A DNA stretch of 64,000 nt. Origin: Escherichia coli. GTDB taxonomy: Bacteria > Pseudomonadota > Gammaproteobacteria > Enterobacterales > Enterobacteriaceae. Below the pieces are notes generated by a model. The model made no database searches and had not been told where the DNA came from. It saw only the letters and a list, made by a program, of their open reading frames with translations. Every line of letters begins with the position of its first letter. The stretch's first letter is position 1. Where the stretch lies: assembly GCF_011045215.1 (NCBI RefSeq), contig NZ_CP049201.1. The stretch is one strand, 5' to 3'. A program made the translations under genes and the position numbers. This document shows, piece by piece, positions 12,369 to 25,977 of the stretch.

Positions 12369-13761
12369 ATTTACGCTGTCTTTTGATCAAATTATTACCA
12401 TCGGTTGTTTTCAGAAGCATGAACATTGCTGCTGAAGCAACAGTAATAATGCCCATTGTGATAAACGTATAGTGGAATTGTTCGACAGTCGTTGTGCCTT
12501 CCATTCCTTCATAAACGCGAAGGACGGCCGCACTTACAGCTACGCCTAAACTGATAGACAGTTGCTGCGTGACCGCCAGAACACTGTTACCGCTGCTGGC
12601 GTTGTCATCGGTCAGATCGGCAAGTGTGATGGTATTCATCGCGGTAAACTGCGTCGACATAGCCATCCCTAATATAAACAACGGCAAGATCAGCATCCAT
12701 ATTGCCATTGCCGGTGATTGCAAAGAGAACTGAGCGATCATTAGCCCAATAATCACCGTGATCCCCACTAATGTATGGCGATAGCCCAGACGACGTAAGA
12801 CTTGGGTAACCATCGATTTTGCAATAATGGAACCTAACGCTGTCGGTGCCATCATACAGCCAGCAATAAACGCCTGATAACCAAATCCTACCTGTAACAT
12901 TAATGGCATAAGGAACGGTACACAGCCGGTCCCCAGACGGGTTGCAATATTGCCTACGATACCGATCGAGAAAGTGCGGGTTTTAAATAAATCTAATGAA
13001 ATTAATGGGTTTGGCGTGCGTCGTGCATGGAGAATATAGAGAAGCAGTAACCCGATGCTGGTGACAATTACCGTCAAGGCAATCCAGCTGGCGACAATCT
13101 TTTCCCCGAATAGCTCTATTCCGCTTGAGAAGAGAACAAGGCTGAGGCCAAACAGCAAAAAGCCAGTGATATCGAATCTGCGTCGTGCGGTGGTGAAATT
13201 GGGCATATGTTTGCGCGCGTAAAGAAGGCCCGCAATACCTATGGGGATATTGATTAAAAATATCCAGTGCCAGGTTGCCCAGGTGACCAGCACGCCGCCA
13301 AGAACGGGGCCTAAAATTGGCCCCACCAGACCCGGCATGGCGACAAAATTCAATACTGGAAGAAGTTCATTACGAGGATAAGCGCGCAGTAAGGCCAGCC
13401 GAGCAACAGGCATCATCATTGCGCCGCCTATCCCCTGAATAACCCGGAAGACAACCAGCTGTGGTAGCGAATTAGAAAGTGCGCAGGCCAGAGAACCCAA
13501 TGTGAACAGACTCACGGCAAGGGTAAAAATGCGACGCGTACCGAAGCGATCGGCTAGCCATCCGCTTACCGGAATAAGCATCGCCACCGTCAGCGTATAA
13601 CTGATGATGGCTGATTGCATCGCGAGAGGAGAACGATTAAGGCTATGAGCGATTGCGGGTAAGGCGGTATTCAGAATAGTGGCATCAAGTGCCTGCATGA
13701 AGAAGGCCATCGCCGCGATCCACGGCAAACCCGCCATACTGCGCTTCTTTTTATCGCTCAT
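12334..13761 (-). CDS. hsrA: MFS efflux transporter
   Basis: 475-aa multi-TM ORF convergent with and overlapping rbsR 3-prime end. Confidence 0.85.
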
Positions 13762-13783
13762 TCAATGTCCTGTTATCGGGTTA

Positions 13784-14476
13784 TCACTTATCAGGTGAGC
13801 GTAGCAGCGCCTGACAAGCTTTAAATGCCGCGTCGCCATCGCTTTGGATAATCGCATCGACAATCGCCTGATGCAGATCCAGCTTTATCACTGTGTCGCT
13901 GGTAATTGACGTGAAGTAAGTGTGATAAACCGAATGGAATAGCGAGGCGAATGAGGTCAAAAACGGATTGGCGCTCATTTCATAGATATGCTCATGCCAG
14001 GCCATATCGACTTCGATCCAGCGTTCACGGCGAAAGTTCTCTTTTAATGCCGCCATTTCGGCCATTAACGTATTGAGATGCGCTTTCTGTTCCGCGGTGC
14101 CAACCGTTGCTGCCAGTAGGCAAGCTTGTGGCTCCAGACAGATACGCATAACCAGAAAGTGATTGATGACCTGATGAAAGTTCTCTTCTGTCATCCACCA
14201 GGTAAGCAATTCCTGATCAAGAAAATTCCAGTTCGATTGTGGCATGACCCGGGTACCAATTCGCGGTCGCGGTAAAACCATCCCTTTTGCCGTTAACGTT
14301 TTGACCGCTTCGCGTACCGCTGTACGACTCACTCCAAATTGCTCGCCCAGCTCAATCTCACCAGGCAAAATGGTGCCGGGTTCATATTCACCTTTTAAGA
14401 TCCGTTGCGCCAGCTTCTCAGCCAGAACATACGAAAGGTTTTTCTGTGCAGCTAACTGTTGTGCGCTTAAAGGCAT
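13784..14476 (-). CDS. yieP: GntR/FadR-family transcriptional regulator
   Basis: 230-aa ORF with N-terminal wHTH (GEIELGEQFGVSRTAVREAVKTL). Confidence 0.85.
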   Translation of the reverse strand: MPLSAQQLAAQKNLSYVLAEKLAQRILKGEYEPGTILPGEIELGEQFGVSRTAVREAVKTLTAKGMVLPRPRIGTRVMPQSNWNFLDQELLTWWMTEENFHQVINHFLVMRICLEPQACLLAATVGTAEQKAHLNTLMAEMAALKENFRRERWIEVDMAWHEHIYEMSANPFLTSFASLFHSVYHTYFTSITSDTVIKLDLHQAIVDAIIQSDGDAAFKACQALLRSPDK

Positions 14477-14628
14477 TACTTATCTTCCTTTTTCTTTTTA
14501 TTCCTCCTTAGTATGCCACCAGGAAGTGTGATTACGGTTGCAAAAACGGCAAATTGCTTGTTTTATGGCACATTAACGGGGCTTTTGCTGAAAAAATGCG
14601 CGGTCAGAAAATTATTTTAAATTTCCTC

Positions 14629-14656
14629 TTGTCAGACCGGAATAACTCCCTATAAT
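14629..14656 (+). promoter_or_regulatory. rrn P1 promoter
   Basis: TTGTCA, 16-bp spacer, TATAAT, then GC-rich discriminator GCGCCACC; A/T-rich UP-like tract immediately upstream. Confidence 0.6.
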
Positions 14657-14747
14657 GCGCCACCACTGACACGGAACAACGGCAAACACGCCGCCGGGTC
14701 AGCGGGGTTCTCCTGAGAATTCCGGCAGAGAAAGCAAAAATAAATGC

Positions 14748-14775
14748 TTGACTCTGTAGCGGGAAAGCGTATTAT
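14748..14775 (+). promoter_or_regulatory. rrn P2 promoter
   Basis: TTGACT, 16-bp spacer, TATTAT, about 120 bp downstream of P1. Confidence 0.55.
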
Positions 14776-14812
14776 GCACACCCCGCGCCGCTGAGAAAAA
14801 GCGAAGCGGCAC

Positions 14813-14825
14813 TGCTCTTTAACAA
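14813..14825 (+). promoter_or_regulatory. rrn leader boxA antitermination element
   Basis: TGCTCTTTAACAA in the 16S leader; a second boxA-like TGCTCTTTAAAAA lies in the 16S-23S spacer near 16733. Confidence 0.6.
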
Positions 14826-14956
14826 TTTATCAGACAATCTGTGTGGGCACTCGAAGATACGGATTCTTAACGTCGCAAGACGAAAAATGAATACCAAGTC
14901 TCAAGAGTGAACACGTAATTCATTACGAAGTTTAATTCTTTGAGCATCAAACTTTT

Positions 14957-16498
<1,542 letters not shown>

Positions 16499-16583
16499 CC
16501 TTAAAGAAGCGTTCTTTGCAGTGCTCACACAGATTGTCTGATAGAAAGTGAAAAGCAAGGCGTCTTGCGAAGCAGACTGATAC

Positions 16584-16659
16584 GTCCCCTTCGTCTAGAG
16601 GCCCAGGACACCGCCCTTTCACGGCGGTAACAGGGGTTCGAATCCCCTAGGGGACGCCA
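16584..16659 (+). tRNA. gltU: tRNA-Glu (UUC) in 16S-23S spacer
   Basis: GTCCCCTTCGTCTAGAGG...CTTTCAC...GGGACGCCA; 76 nt with CCA end. Confidence 0.95.
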
Positions 16660-16852
16660 CTTGCTGGTTTGTGAGTGAAAGTCACCTGCCTTAATATCTC
16701 AAAACTCATCTTCGGGTGATGTTTGAGATATTTGCTCTTTAAAAATCTGGATCAAGCTGAAAATTGAAACACTGAACAACGAAAGTTGTTCGTGAGTCTC
16801 TCAAATTTTCGCAACACGATGATGAATCGCAAGAAACATCTTCGGGTTGTGA

Positions 16853-19755
<2,903 letters not shown>

Positions 19756-19848
19756 ACAACGCCGAAGCTGTTTTGGCGGATTGAGAGAAGATTTTCAGCC
19801 TGATACAGATTAAATCAGAACGCAGAAGCGGTCTGATAAAACAGAATT

Positions 19849-19968
19849 TGCCTGGCGGCCGTAGCGCGGTGGTCCCACCTGACCCCATGCCGAACTCAGA
19901 AGTGAAACGCCGTAGCGCCGATGGTAGTGTGGGGTCTCCCCATGCGAGAGTAGGGAACTGCCAGGCAT
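19849..19968 (+). rRNA. rrfC: 5S ribosomal RNA
   Basis: TGCCTGGCGGCCGTAGCGCGGTGG...GGGAACTGCCAGGCAT; 120 nt. Confidence 0.97.
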
Positions 19969-20020
19969 CAAATTAAGCAGTAAGCCGGTCATAAAACCGG
20001 TGGTTGTAAAAGAATTCGGT

Positions 20021-20097
20021 GGAGCGGTAGTTCAGTCGGTTAGAATACCTGCCTGTCACGCAGGGGGTCGCGGGTTCGAGTCCCGTCCGTTCCGCCA
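20021..20097 (+). tRNA. aspT: tRNA-Asp (GUC)
   Basis: GGAGCGGTAGTTCAGTCGGTTAGAATACCTGCCTGTCACGCAGG...CGTTCCGCCA; 77 nt. Confidence 0.95.
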
Positions 20098-20105
20098 CCC
20101 TAATT

Positions 20106-20181
20106 AGGGGCGTAGTTCAATTGGTAGAGCACCGGTCTCCAAAACCGGGTGTTGGGAGTTCGAGTCTCTCCGCCCCTGCCA
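20106..20181 (+). tRNA. trpT: tRNA-Trp (CCA)
   Basis: AGGGGCGTAGTTCAATTGGTAGAGCACCGGTCTCCAAAACCGG...CCCCTGCCA; 76 nt. Confidence 0.95.
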
Positions 20182-20187
20182 GAAATC

Positions 20188-20217
20188 ATCCTTAGCGAAA
20201 GCTAAGGATTTTTTTTA
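20188..20217 (+). terminator. rrn operon intrinsic terminator
   Basis: ATCCTTAGC-GAAA-GCTAAGGAT hairpin followed by TTTTTTTT. Confidence 0.85.
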
Positions 20218-20276
20218 TCTGAAATAACCCTCTCTGAAGTAAATCCTTCTACCGGCATCCTTGCCAGCCATTCAGA

Positions 20277-21116
20277 TTAATACACTTCATCCAGCACGTT
20301 AATTTTCAATAGATCGCGAATCAACGTATTTTTATCGCTATTTTGCAGCCATATGGCATAAAGCGGCCGTGAAAGTGTTGTGCTATCGACAACGGTATGC
20401 AGGCCGCCTTTTTTACGCGCCCAGCTGACGGGTAGCCAGGTGCAACCATTAAGCATCGCAATCTGTTGCTGTGCCAGTTCAGCAGAACTGGTTGTCAGAA
20501 TGGGCACTTCGTCAGCACCGATCAAACCTGCCTCATGCTGTTGAAAATCTGGCCCCCACTCCAGTCGCAGATAGTTAAGATCTCCCTTTAGTTTAGAAGG
20601 GGCACTGGTATAAAGCGCTAAAGTGAAATACCCCAGCAACTGACTACTAAATTCGTCCATTTTGGGCGCTTCAGTGGTAATAAGAAGATCAAGCTGGCGT
20701 TCATGCAGCTGTTTTACCAGAGACTGCCGTTGGGCAATTCGCGCTTCGAACTGTAAGCCTGTATGGGCATCCTGATTTTGATACAAACGTCCCAGCCACT
20801 GATTAAGCATACATTCCCACAATGAGGCGCTGGCACCGATAGAAAACTCGTTATGTCGTGAGGTATGCGCCACCTCCTTACGGGCGGCCTGCCAGGTGCT
20901 CATGAGCGTTTCTGCATAAGGCAGTAGTTTTTCACCGGCAGCGGTTAAACGGATATTGTTTCTGTGGCGGGTGAAAAGGTTCACACCCAGTTGATTTTCC
21001 AGTTGTCTGATTCGAAAGCTCACTGCTGACTGGGTCAGATAGAGCGATTCAGCCGCTCGACCAAAGTGACGCGTTCGGCTAACTTCCAGGAAAGTTTTTA
21101 ACAATTCCGTATCCAC
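20277..21116 (-). CDS. hdfR: LysR-family regulator HdfR
   Basis: 279-aa [43 protein letters not shown]... Confidence 0.92.
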   Translation of the reverse strand: MDTELLKTFLEVSRTRHFGRAAESLYLTQSAVSFRIRQLENQLGVNLFTRHRNNIRLTAAGEKLLPYAETLMSTWQAARKEVAHTSRHNEFSIGASASLWECMLNQWLGRLYQNQDAHTGLQFEARIAQRQSLVKQLHERQLDLLITTEAPKMDEFSSQLLGYFTLALYTSAPSKLKGDLNYLRLEWGPDFQQHEAGLIGADEVPILTTSSAELAQQQIAMLNGCTWLPVSWARKKGGLHTVVDSTTLSRPLYAIWLQNSDKNTLIRDLLKINVLDEVY

Positions 21117-21234
21117 AGTGCTCTCCGCAAAATTATTTGTCGTTATGATTTAAATGTTTTGTTTTACACTCTGTCAAGCGTAACTAATACTCCGCGCCAT
21201 AACTAGCTCGGTCAAAGAATTAGGAGCGTGCAGG

Positions 21235-21573
21235 ATGGCGGAAAGCTTTACGACGACTAATCGATATTTCGACAATAAACATTATCCACGTGGATTCTCT
21301 CGCCATGGTGATTTCACCATCAAAGAGGCACAACTGCTTGAGCGTCATGGTTATGCCTTCAATGAGTTGGATCTTGGCAAACGCGAGCCGGTTACCGAGG
21401 AAGAGAAACTCTTCGTAGCAGTATGCCGTGGCGAACGTGAGCCAGTGACAGAAGCAGAACGCGTGTGGTCCAAGTATATGACGCGTATCAAGCGTCCAAA
21501 ACGTTTTCACACCCTTTCCGGCGGTAAACCGCAGGTTGAAGGTGCTGAAGACTACACCGATTCTGACGATTAA
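21235..21573 (+). CDS. yifE: conserved protein YifE
   Basis: 112-aa [45 protein letters not shown]... Confidence 0.9.
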   Translation: MAESFTTTNRYFDNKHYPRGFSRHGDFTIKEAQLLERHGYAFNELDLGKREPVTEEEKLFVAVCRGEREPVTEAERVWSKYMTRIKRPKRFHTLSGGKPQVEGAEDYTDSDD

Positions 21574-21575
21574 TA

Positions 21576-21597
21576 AAAAGGGCGAAATGCCCTTTTT
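21576..21597. terminator. bidirectional intrinsic terminator between convergent yifE and comM
   Basis: AAAAAGGGC-GAAAT-GCCCTTTTTTT: hairpin with A-run on one side and T-run on the other. Confidence 0.75.
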
Positions 21598-22956
21598 TTA
21601 TGTCAGTAGTTTTTGCAGATGGATGAGCAAACGGTCAATCGCACGATAGCTAACTGCCTCCTGCAAATGCTGACGTGTGATAATGTCAGACTGATCAATA
21701 TCAGCAATGGTTCGTGCAACTTTCAATAACCGCTGCCAGGCACGAATCGATAACCCCAGATGGATCAGCGTTTCTTCCAGCCACTGCGCATCTTCGCTCT
21801 CAAGCTTGCAGAATTTGCGTATTTCCGGACTATCCAGCCAGGCATTCAGTTTATTCTGCCGCTTAAATTGGCGCTCTCTGGCGGCCATTACGCGTTGTTT
21901 AACGGTGGCGCTGCTTTCTCCCGGCACTACCGTTTTACTCAAAATGCCGGGGGGTGGTAATGGGATCTCCAGTGAGAGATCGAAGCGGTCGAGAAAGGGC
22001 CCCGAGAGCCGGTTGAGATAACGTAATGTCTGTTCTGGCGTGCAGCGGTTATGGTTTCCCTGATAATGTCCGGTAGGGCTGGGATTCATCGCCGCAACAA
22101 GCTGGAAACGGGCTGGATAGGTTATTTTTGCTCGTGTGCGTGAAAGATGGATCTGCCCGGATTCAATCGGCTCTCGCAAAGCATCCAGTGTACGCCGTTC
22201 AAATTCAGGTAGCTCATCAAGAAAAAGCACGCCGTTATGCGCCAACGAAATTTCACCAGGCCCTGGAATTGCACCACCGCCCACCATCGCAGTTAACGAC
22301 GCACTGTGATGCGGTGAGCGGAACGGGCGCTGCCGCCATTGTTTTTGTACTGATTCAGCATTTACCAGACTTAATATCGCAGCGCTCTCCAGTGCCTCTT
22401 CATTGCTTAAATCTGGCAAAAGACCATTAATACGGCTGGCGAGCATTGTTTTACCTGTTCCCGGCGGTCCAATCAGTAAAAGGTTGTGCCCACCAGCGGC
22501 GGTAATTTCCAGTCCTCGCTTTCCTTGCTCCTGACCGACAACATCACTGAGATCATGTTGTAGCGCCCGGGATACTGCATCAGTTGGTTTCGGGCGTTCG
22601 AGAGTGTGCTTACCTTCCAGAAACGCACAGACAGCCTGCAGATGATCGGCTATCAAGCATCCTTCTCCGTTAATTAGCCCCACTTCATCTTCGTTATCTT
22701 TCGCGACGATAATTTTTCTGCCCGACTTAATAGCTTCAGTTGCACTGGAGATTGCGCCGGGAACGCCACGCAGAGCGCCTGTAAGCGCCAGTTCTCCGAC
22801 TAATTCATATTCATCTAACTTATTGGCTGTAAGCTGTTCTGAGGCCGCCAGCAACGCAATGGCGATAGGTAAATCATATCGTCCCCCTTCTTTTGGTAGA
22901 TCGGCTGGAGCAAGGTTAATGGTGATTTTTTTCGCCGGATATTCATATCCGCTATT
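21598..22956 (-). pseudogene. comM: comM C-terminal fragment (Mg-chelatase-like AAA+ competence protein), separated from its 5-prime end by the island
   Basis: ORF 21598..23001; ComM-like sequence from ...NSGYEYPAKKITINLAPADLPKEGGRYDLPIAIALL onward; the first codons (GTG at 23001, MIYQLDSISYANLV) are island-derived. Confidence 0.85.
22947..22956. repeat. left junction direct repeat (att core copy) ATCCGCTATT
   Basis: Identical 10-mer at 35360..35369; comM coding sequence is continuous across the two copies if the intervening DNA is removed. Confidence 0.8.
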
Positions 22957-23026
22957 TATAACTAAATTCGCATAACTTATTGAATCTAATTGATAAATCA
23001 CACTATAAATAACGTTAGAAATCGCA

Positions 23027-23084
23027 AATTAACTACACCATTAACTACACCGTTCGGTGCACTGTATGGAACAACTTGGAACAA
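23027..23084. repeat. left-arm repeat module: tandem ATTAACTACACC x2 plus GGAACAA x2 (putative integrase arm-type sites)
   Basis: 26-bp exact match AATTAACTACACCATTAACTACACCG with 35207..35232, then shared GGAACAAC(T/C)TGGAACAA. Confidence 0.6.
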
Positions 23085-23172
23085 ATAGACACAAGCGATA
23101 TACAGGAAGGGACAATTTTTCTATGCAGATTTGCATAGTTCCAAATGAAGCTGGTGGATGATCAGGGATAAC

Positions 23173-23196
23173 CCGATATGGGAATCCCCATATCGG
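23173..23196. repeat. 10-bp-stem inverted repeat CCGATATGGG-AATC-CCCATATCGG
   Basis: Perfect 10-bp inverted repeat with 4-nt spacer; no T-run, so more likely a binding site than a terminator. Confidence 0.5.
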
Positions 23197-23201
23197 CATC
23201 G

Positions 23202-23241
23202 CGTAGTTAATCGTAGTGGCTACCGTAGTAGCCTCCGTAGT
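23202..23241. repeat. phased CGTAGT x4 array
   Basis: CGTAGT at 23202, 23212, 23224 and 23236, spacing about 10 to 12 bp. Confidence 0.55.
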
Positions 23242-23282
23242 TGAGTCGCAGGGATGTAACAACCTGCCAGGAAGGAAATGAT

Positions 23283-23318
23283 CGTGACTCGCCGTGACAT
23301 GACGTGATTAATCGTGAC
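23283..23318. repeat. phased CGTGAC x4 array, exact 10-bp register
   Basis: ATCGTGACTC GCCGTGACAT GACGTGATTA ATCGTGACAC: core at 23283, 23293, 23303, 23313. Confidence 0.6.
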
Positions 23319-23386
23319 ACCAAACAAAAAGCCTTACCCGTAGGCTTAATGCTTGGCTTGACTGTAGGCTTACCGTAACGCGCCGC

Positions 23387-23566
23387 TCACCGTCGCAGCC
23401 TGTCCGGTTTCCGCCACTGATACGGCCTCACATTATCATGCTGGTGGCGTTCCTGTTGCAGCACAACGGAAACAGGCGCTGAACACCTGTTAATTTTGCT
23501 TGCTGGTTGTTTGATTCCGGCAATGCTGCGGATCATCTTCAGCAAATCGGCTTCGGTGATGGTCAT
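23387..23566 (-). CDS. small hypothetical protein, 59 aa (below the ORF-track threshold)
   Basis: Hand translation MTITEADLLKMIRSIAGIKQPASKINRCSAPVSVVLQQERHQHDNVRPYQWRKPDRLRR with AAGGTG-like SD upstream of the ATG. Confidence 0.35.
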   Translation of the reverse strand: MTITEADLLKMIRSIAGIKQPASKINRCSAPVSVVLQQERHQHDNVRPYQWRKPDRLRR

Positions 23567-23598
23567 GGTTTACACCTTAGGAAATCTTAGGGGGCTGG

Positions 23599-23858
23599 TT
23601 GACACTTTCCGGCTTAAGACCTTAACAAACCTTAACATCGCAGGTTGACACACTTGACACTTTTTCGCGAAAAACCTTATCAAACCTTAGCATTTCTAAG
23701 CATGGCAACTTGACACTTTTCGCGATTTTTTTCGGCTTTTTGACGTGGTAAATCTGGCGCAAGGCCAGTAACGGCGGGGCTTACAGCGAGGTTGACACTT
23801 TTTCGCGTTCAGAGTGTAAAGTGTCAACCCGGCAAGCTGCTCAACTTGACACTTTTTG
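23599..23858. repeat. array of six direct and one inverted copies of TTGACAC(T)TTTT(T)CGCG, interleaved with AACCTTAnC repeats
   Basis: Copies start near 23599, 23645, 23654, 23710, 23792, 23846; inverted copy 23821; immediately 3-prime of the HTH gene 23862..24389. Confidence 0.6.
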
Positions 23859-23861
23859 ATG

Positions 23862-24389
23862 TCATTGATGGTCTGATTTTTCCCATTCAGCCAGGGCGTT
23901 TAGCCCGGCTTCACTCCATGATTCCAGTTCATCGGCATAATCACCTGCAACATAGCAGAGTTCGCAACGCAGCATACGAATTGCCAGCCTGGCATTACCT
24001 CGCAAATTGTATTGTTCAAAGTAATGCTGCCCGTCGCAATCCTCAAGGCAGATAGCACCATCATCAAGAAAGTGCACTTCCCAGCCTAATTCCCCGGCTG
24101 CATCCAGCACACGCTGCTGTATGCCCTCGTCCGTTGCTGGCGCAGGAATTTTACCGTCTCTGGCCTTAACTGCTTTCCAGAACTCGCCCCACGTCATTTC
24201 CAGCGTTCTCTCTGGCCACATTTCAGAAACTGTGTCTTTTCCCTGTGCTGGTGGGCTGTTCCGCTGCTCTGTCGCTTCCACATCGATTTTTTTACCGGAC
24301 ATGACCACTTCGCCTTTCTCGATCCAGTCGTAAACTGTCTGGCGGCTTACGCCTTTGTGTTTGGCATATTCTGCCTTACTCATCAGCAT
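23862..24389 (-). CDS. island protein A: N-terminal HTH (excisionase / terminase-small-subunit-like) with C-terminal Cys pairs
   Basis: 175-aa ORF MLMSKAEYAKHKGVSRQTVYDWIEKGEVV...; C-terminal CLEDC and CELC pairs; assignment by eye only. Confidence 0.4.
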   Translation of the reverse strand: MLMSKAEYAKHKGVSRQTVYDWIEKGEVVMSGKKIDVEATEQRNSPPAQGKDTVSEMWPERTLEMTWGEFWKAVKARDGKIPAPATDEGIQQRVLDAAGELGWEVHFLDDGAICLEDCDGQHYFEQYNLRGNARLAIRMLRCELCYVAGDYADELESWSEAGLNALAEWEKSDHQ

Positions 24390-24395
24390 TATGAC

Positions 24396-25067
24396 TCACC
24401 CTTCTTTTTCCAGTTGAGCCAGCCGCCCGGATATTTCTTCCAGTTTTTCCAGGGCTGGCTTGCAGGCCGCATCAATAACGTCCCGGACCATTCCGGCAAG
24501 CTGCTCTTCTGCTGTCGGCGTTGTTACCTCCACACCCGATGGTTTCCCATCCTTATCCCATACGCCCAACGGTACGAGTGCAACGTGATCGATAAGAAAT
24601 GGCGTACCCTCAATAAAAAAATTGTCCTCGCCCATTACATCAGGAACTTCAGCCCCACCGGACGCACCACAAAACACAACCGACGGACTGGTGGATACCT
24701 CCCCCCGTGCTTTCTGGATGTAATCGATGATTTCCTGCCCGTAAATCCGGCATACGCCCCACACCTCGTCACCGCGAATATACGGCAACATGACGGTGCC
24801 AATAATGCGCGACCGTTCGCCCACGTCTTCAAGGGTTTTGCTTTCGGGATGGTCGATAATGACGGGTACTCCGGCGCAACGTTCCAGGAACTGCGGATTG
24901 AGATAAGTTTGCGGTGAACGCCAGACAAATTCTTTTTCTTCGGCGCGGTAGGCCATTCCGGTTCCTGTGATACGCAGGTTAACCAGCCACATGTTGGAAA
25001 ACTGATAAGGCGACGGTAGCTGTCCGTCCCGAATCTGCTTCGCCGCCTCAATTTCTGTTAAAAGCAT
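24396..25067 (-). CDS. island protein B, hypothetical (223 aa)
   Basis: Protein-like ORF MLLTEIEAAKQIRDGQLPSPYQF..., same strand and operon as A and C; no family recognised. Confidence 0.45.
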   Translation of the reverse strand: MLLTEIEAAKQIRDGQLPSPYQFSNMWLVNLRITGTGMAYRAEEKEFVWRSPQTYLNPQFLERCAGVPVIIDHPESKTLEDVGERSRIIGTVMLPYIRGDEVWGVCRIYGQEIIDYIQKARGEVSTSPSVVFCGASGGAEVPDVMGEDNFFIEGTPFLIDHVALVPLGVWDKDGKPSGVEVTTPTAEEQLAGMVRDVIDAACKPALEKLEEISGRLAQLEKEG

Positions 25068-25131
25068 AATGTTATCCGGTTATAAGCAATAAGCCCCGCC
25101 AAATCCGGCAGGGCTGAAATCAGCACGTTTT

Positions 25132-25716
25132 TCATGCCCCCGCGAGGCTTGCAACGTTAATTTTAACCAGGCGACGGGGAGGGATTTTGAAAGCACTAAG
25201 CCAGTTATTCGGATCTCCCTGATATTCAGTAATCCGCCGTCCGGCTTCATCCATTCTTACGGTTTTACGCAAATAGCCCGGCGTGTTTTCCACGGCCCAC
25301 TGAGCACTTTCCTGAGCAGCCTTGTAAATCTGATCTTCCAGCACCGCCAGCGTTGCAGAATCTGAAACGGAACGAATATCCACATCACTGAATTTTTTAG
25401 CCAGCTTCTGTGCACCAATTAATGCACGCTTGCGGTAATCCATCGACTTTTCACCAGCAAACGGGGCCGGAGCGCGACGGCCCATATTGCTGTATGCGGA
25501 ATCCGCTTTAGCCTGGGCTTCTGCCAGTGAGGATTCATCTTCGACTGACGCGACGATGTTTTGATTAGCGTTATCCTCGTCCGCTTTTGTGAAATCCTGC
25601 GCGGGGATCGCATTCAGCATTTCGATAATCTCCTGCGGAGTGCTGCCCTGCGACTCTGACAGAGCGTTAACCACCTCCATCAGTTTTAATCGCAAATCTT
25701 CTTTGCTTGCTGGCAT
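25132..25716 (-). CDS. island protein C, hypothetical (about 194 aa)
   Basis: ORF 25132..25725; start placed at ATG 25716 (MPASKEDLRLKLMEVVNAL...) preceded by GAGGTGG. Confidence 0.45.
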   Translation of the reverse strand: MPASKEDLRLKLMEVVNALSESQGSTPQEIIEMLNAIPAQDFTKADEDNANQNIVASVEDESSLAEAQAKADSAYSNMGRRAPAPFAGEKSMDYRKRALIGAQKLAKKFSDVDIRSVSDSATLAVLEDQIYKAAQESAQWAVENTPGYLRKTVRMDEAGRRITEYQGDPNNWLSAFKIPPRRLVKINVASLAGA

Positions 25717-25755
25717 TGTTACCACCTCTCTTTTTTCACCAAAAAATCACGACCA

Positions 25756-25929
25756 TCAGGCCGGACGTTCTACGGGATAAAGCGCCCGCTGCATTAAACG
25801 CCGGGCGACCTCATGAATGCTCGGAGCAATCCCCAGCGGAGAATTGCGGCGTTCCTCGTCCTGGATGCGCTGTAATGCTTCAATCTGCTCACGAGCGAGT
25901 AAAACGGGTTTCACGCTGGCTTTTCTCAT
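25756..25929 (-). CDS. small hypothetical protein, about 57 aa, first gene of the C-B-A module
   Basis: ORF 25756..25953; start placed at MRKASVKPVLLAREQIEALQRIQ... with GGAGAT 6 nt upstream. Confidence 0.4.
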   Translation of the reverse strand: MRKASVKPVLLAREQIEALQRIQDEERRNSPLGIAPSIHEVARRLMQRALYPVERPA

Positions 25930-25977
25930 AGTCATATCTCCTGAACAAAACAATGATTATGATTGCATAAACTGAAA

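Noticed and set aside
23041-23262. 73-aa minus-strand ORF in the left arm
   Set aside because: It overlaps the arm-site repeats, the hairpin and the CGTAGT array, has odd composition, and no RBS; more likely a by-product of the repeats.
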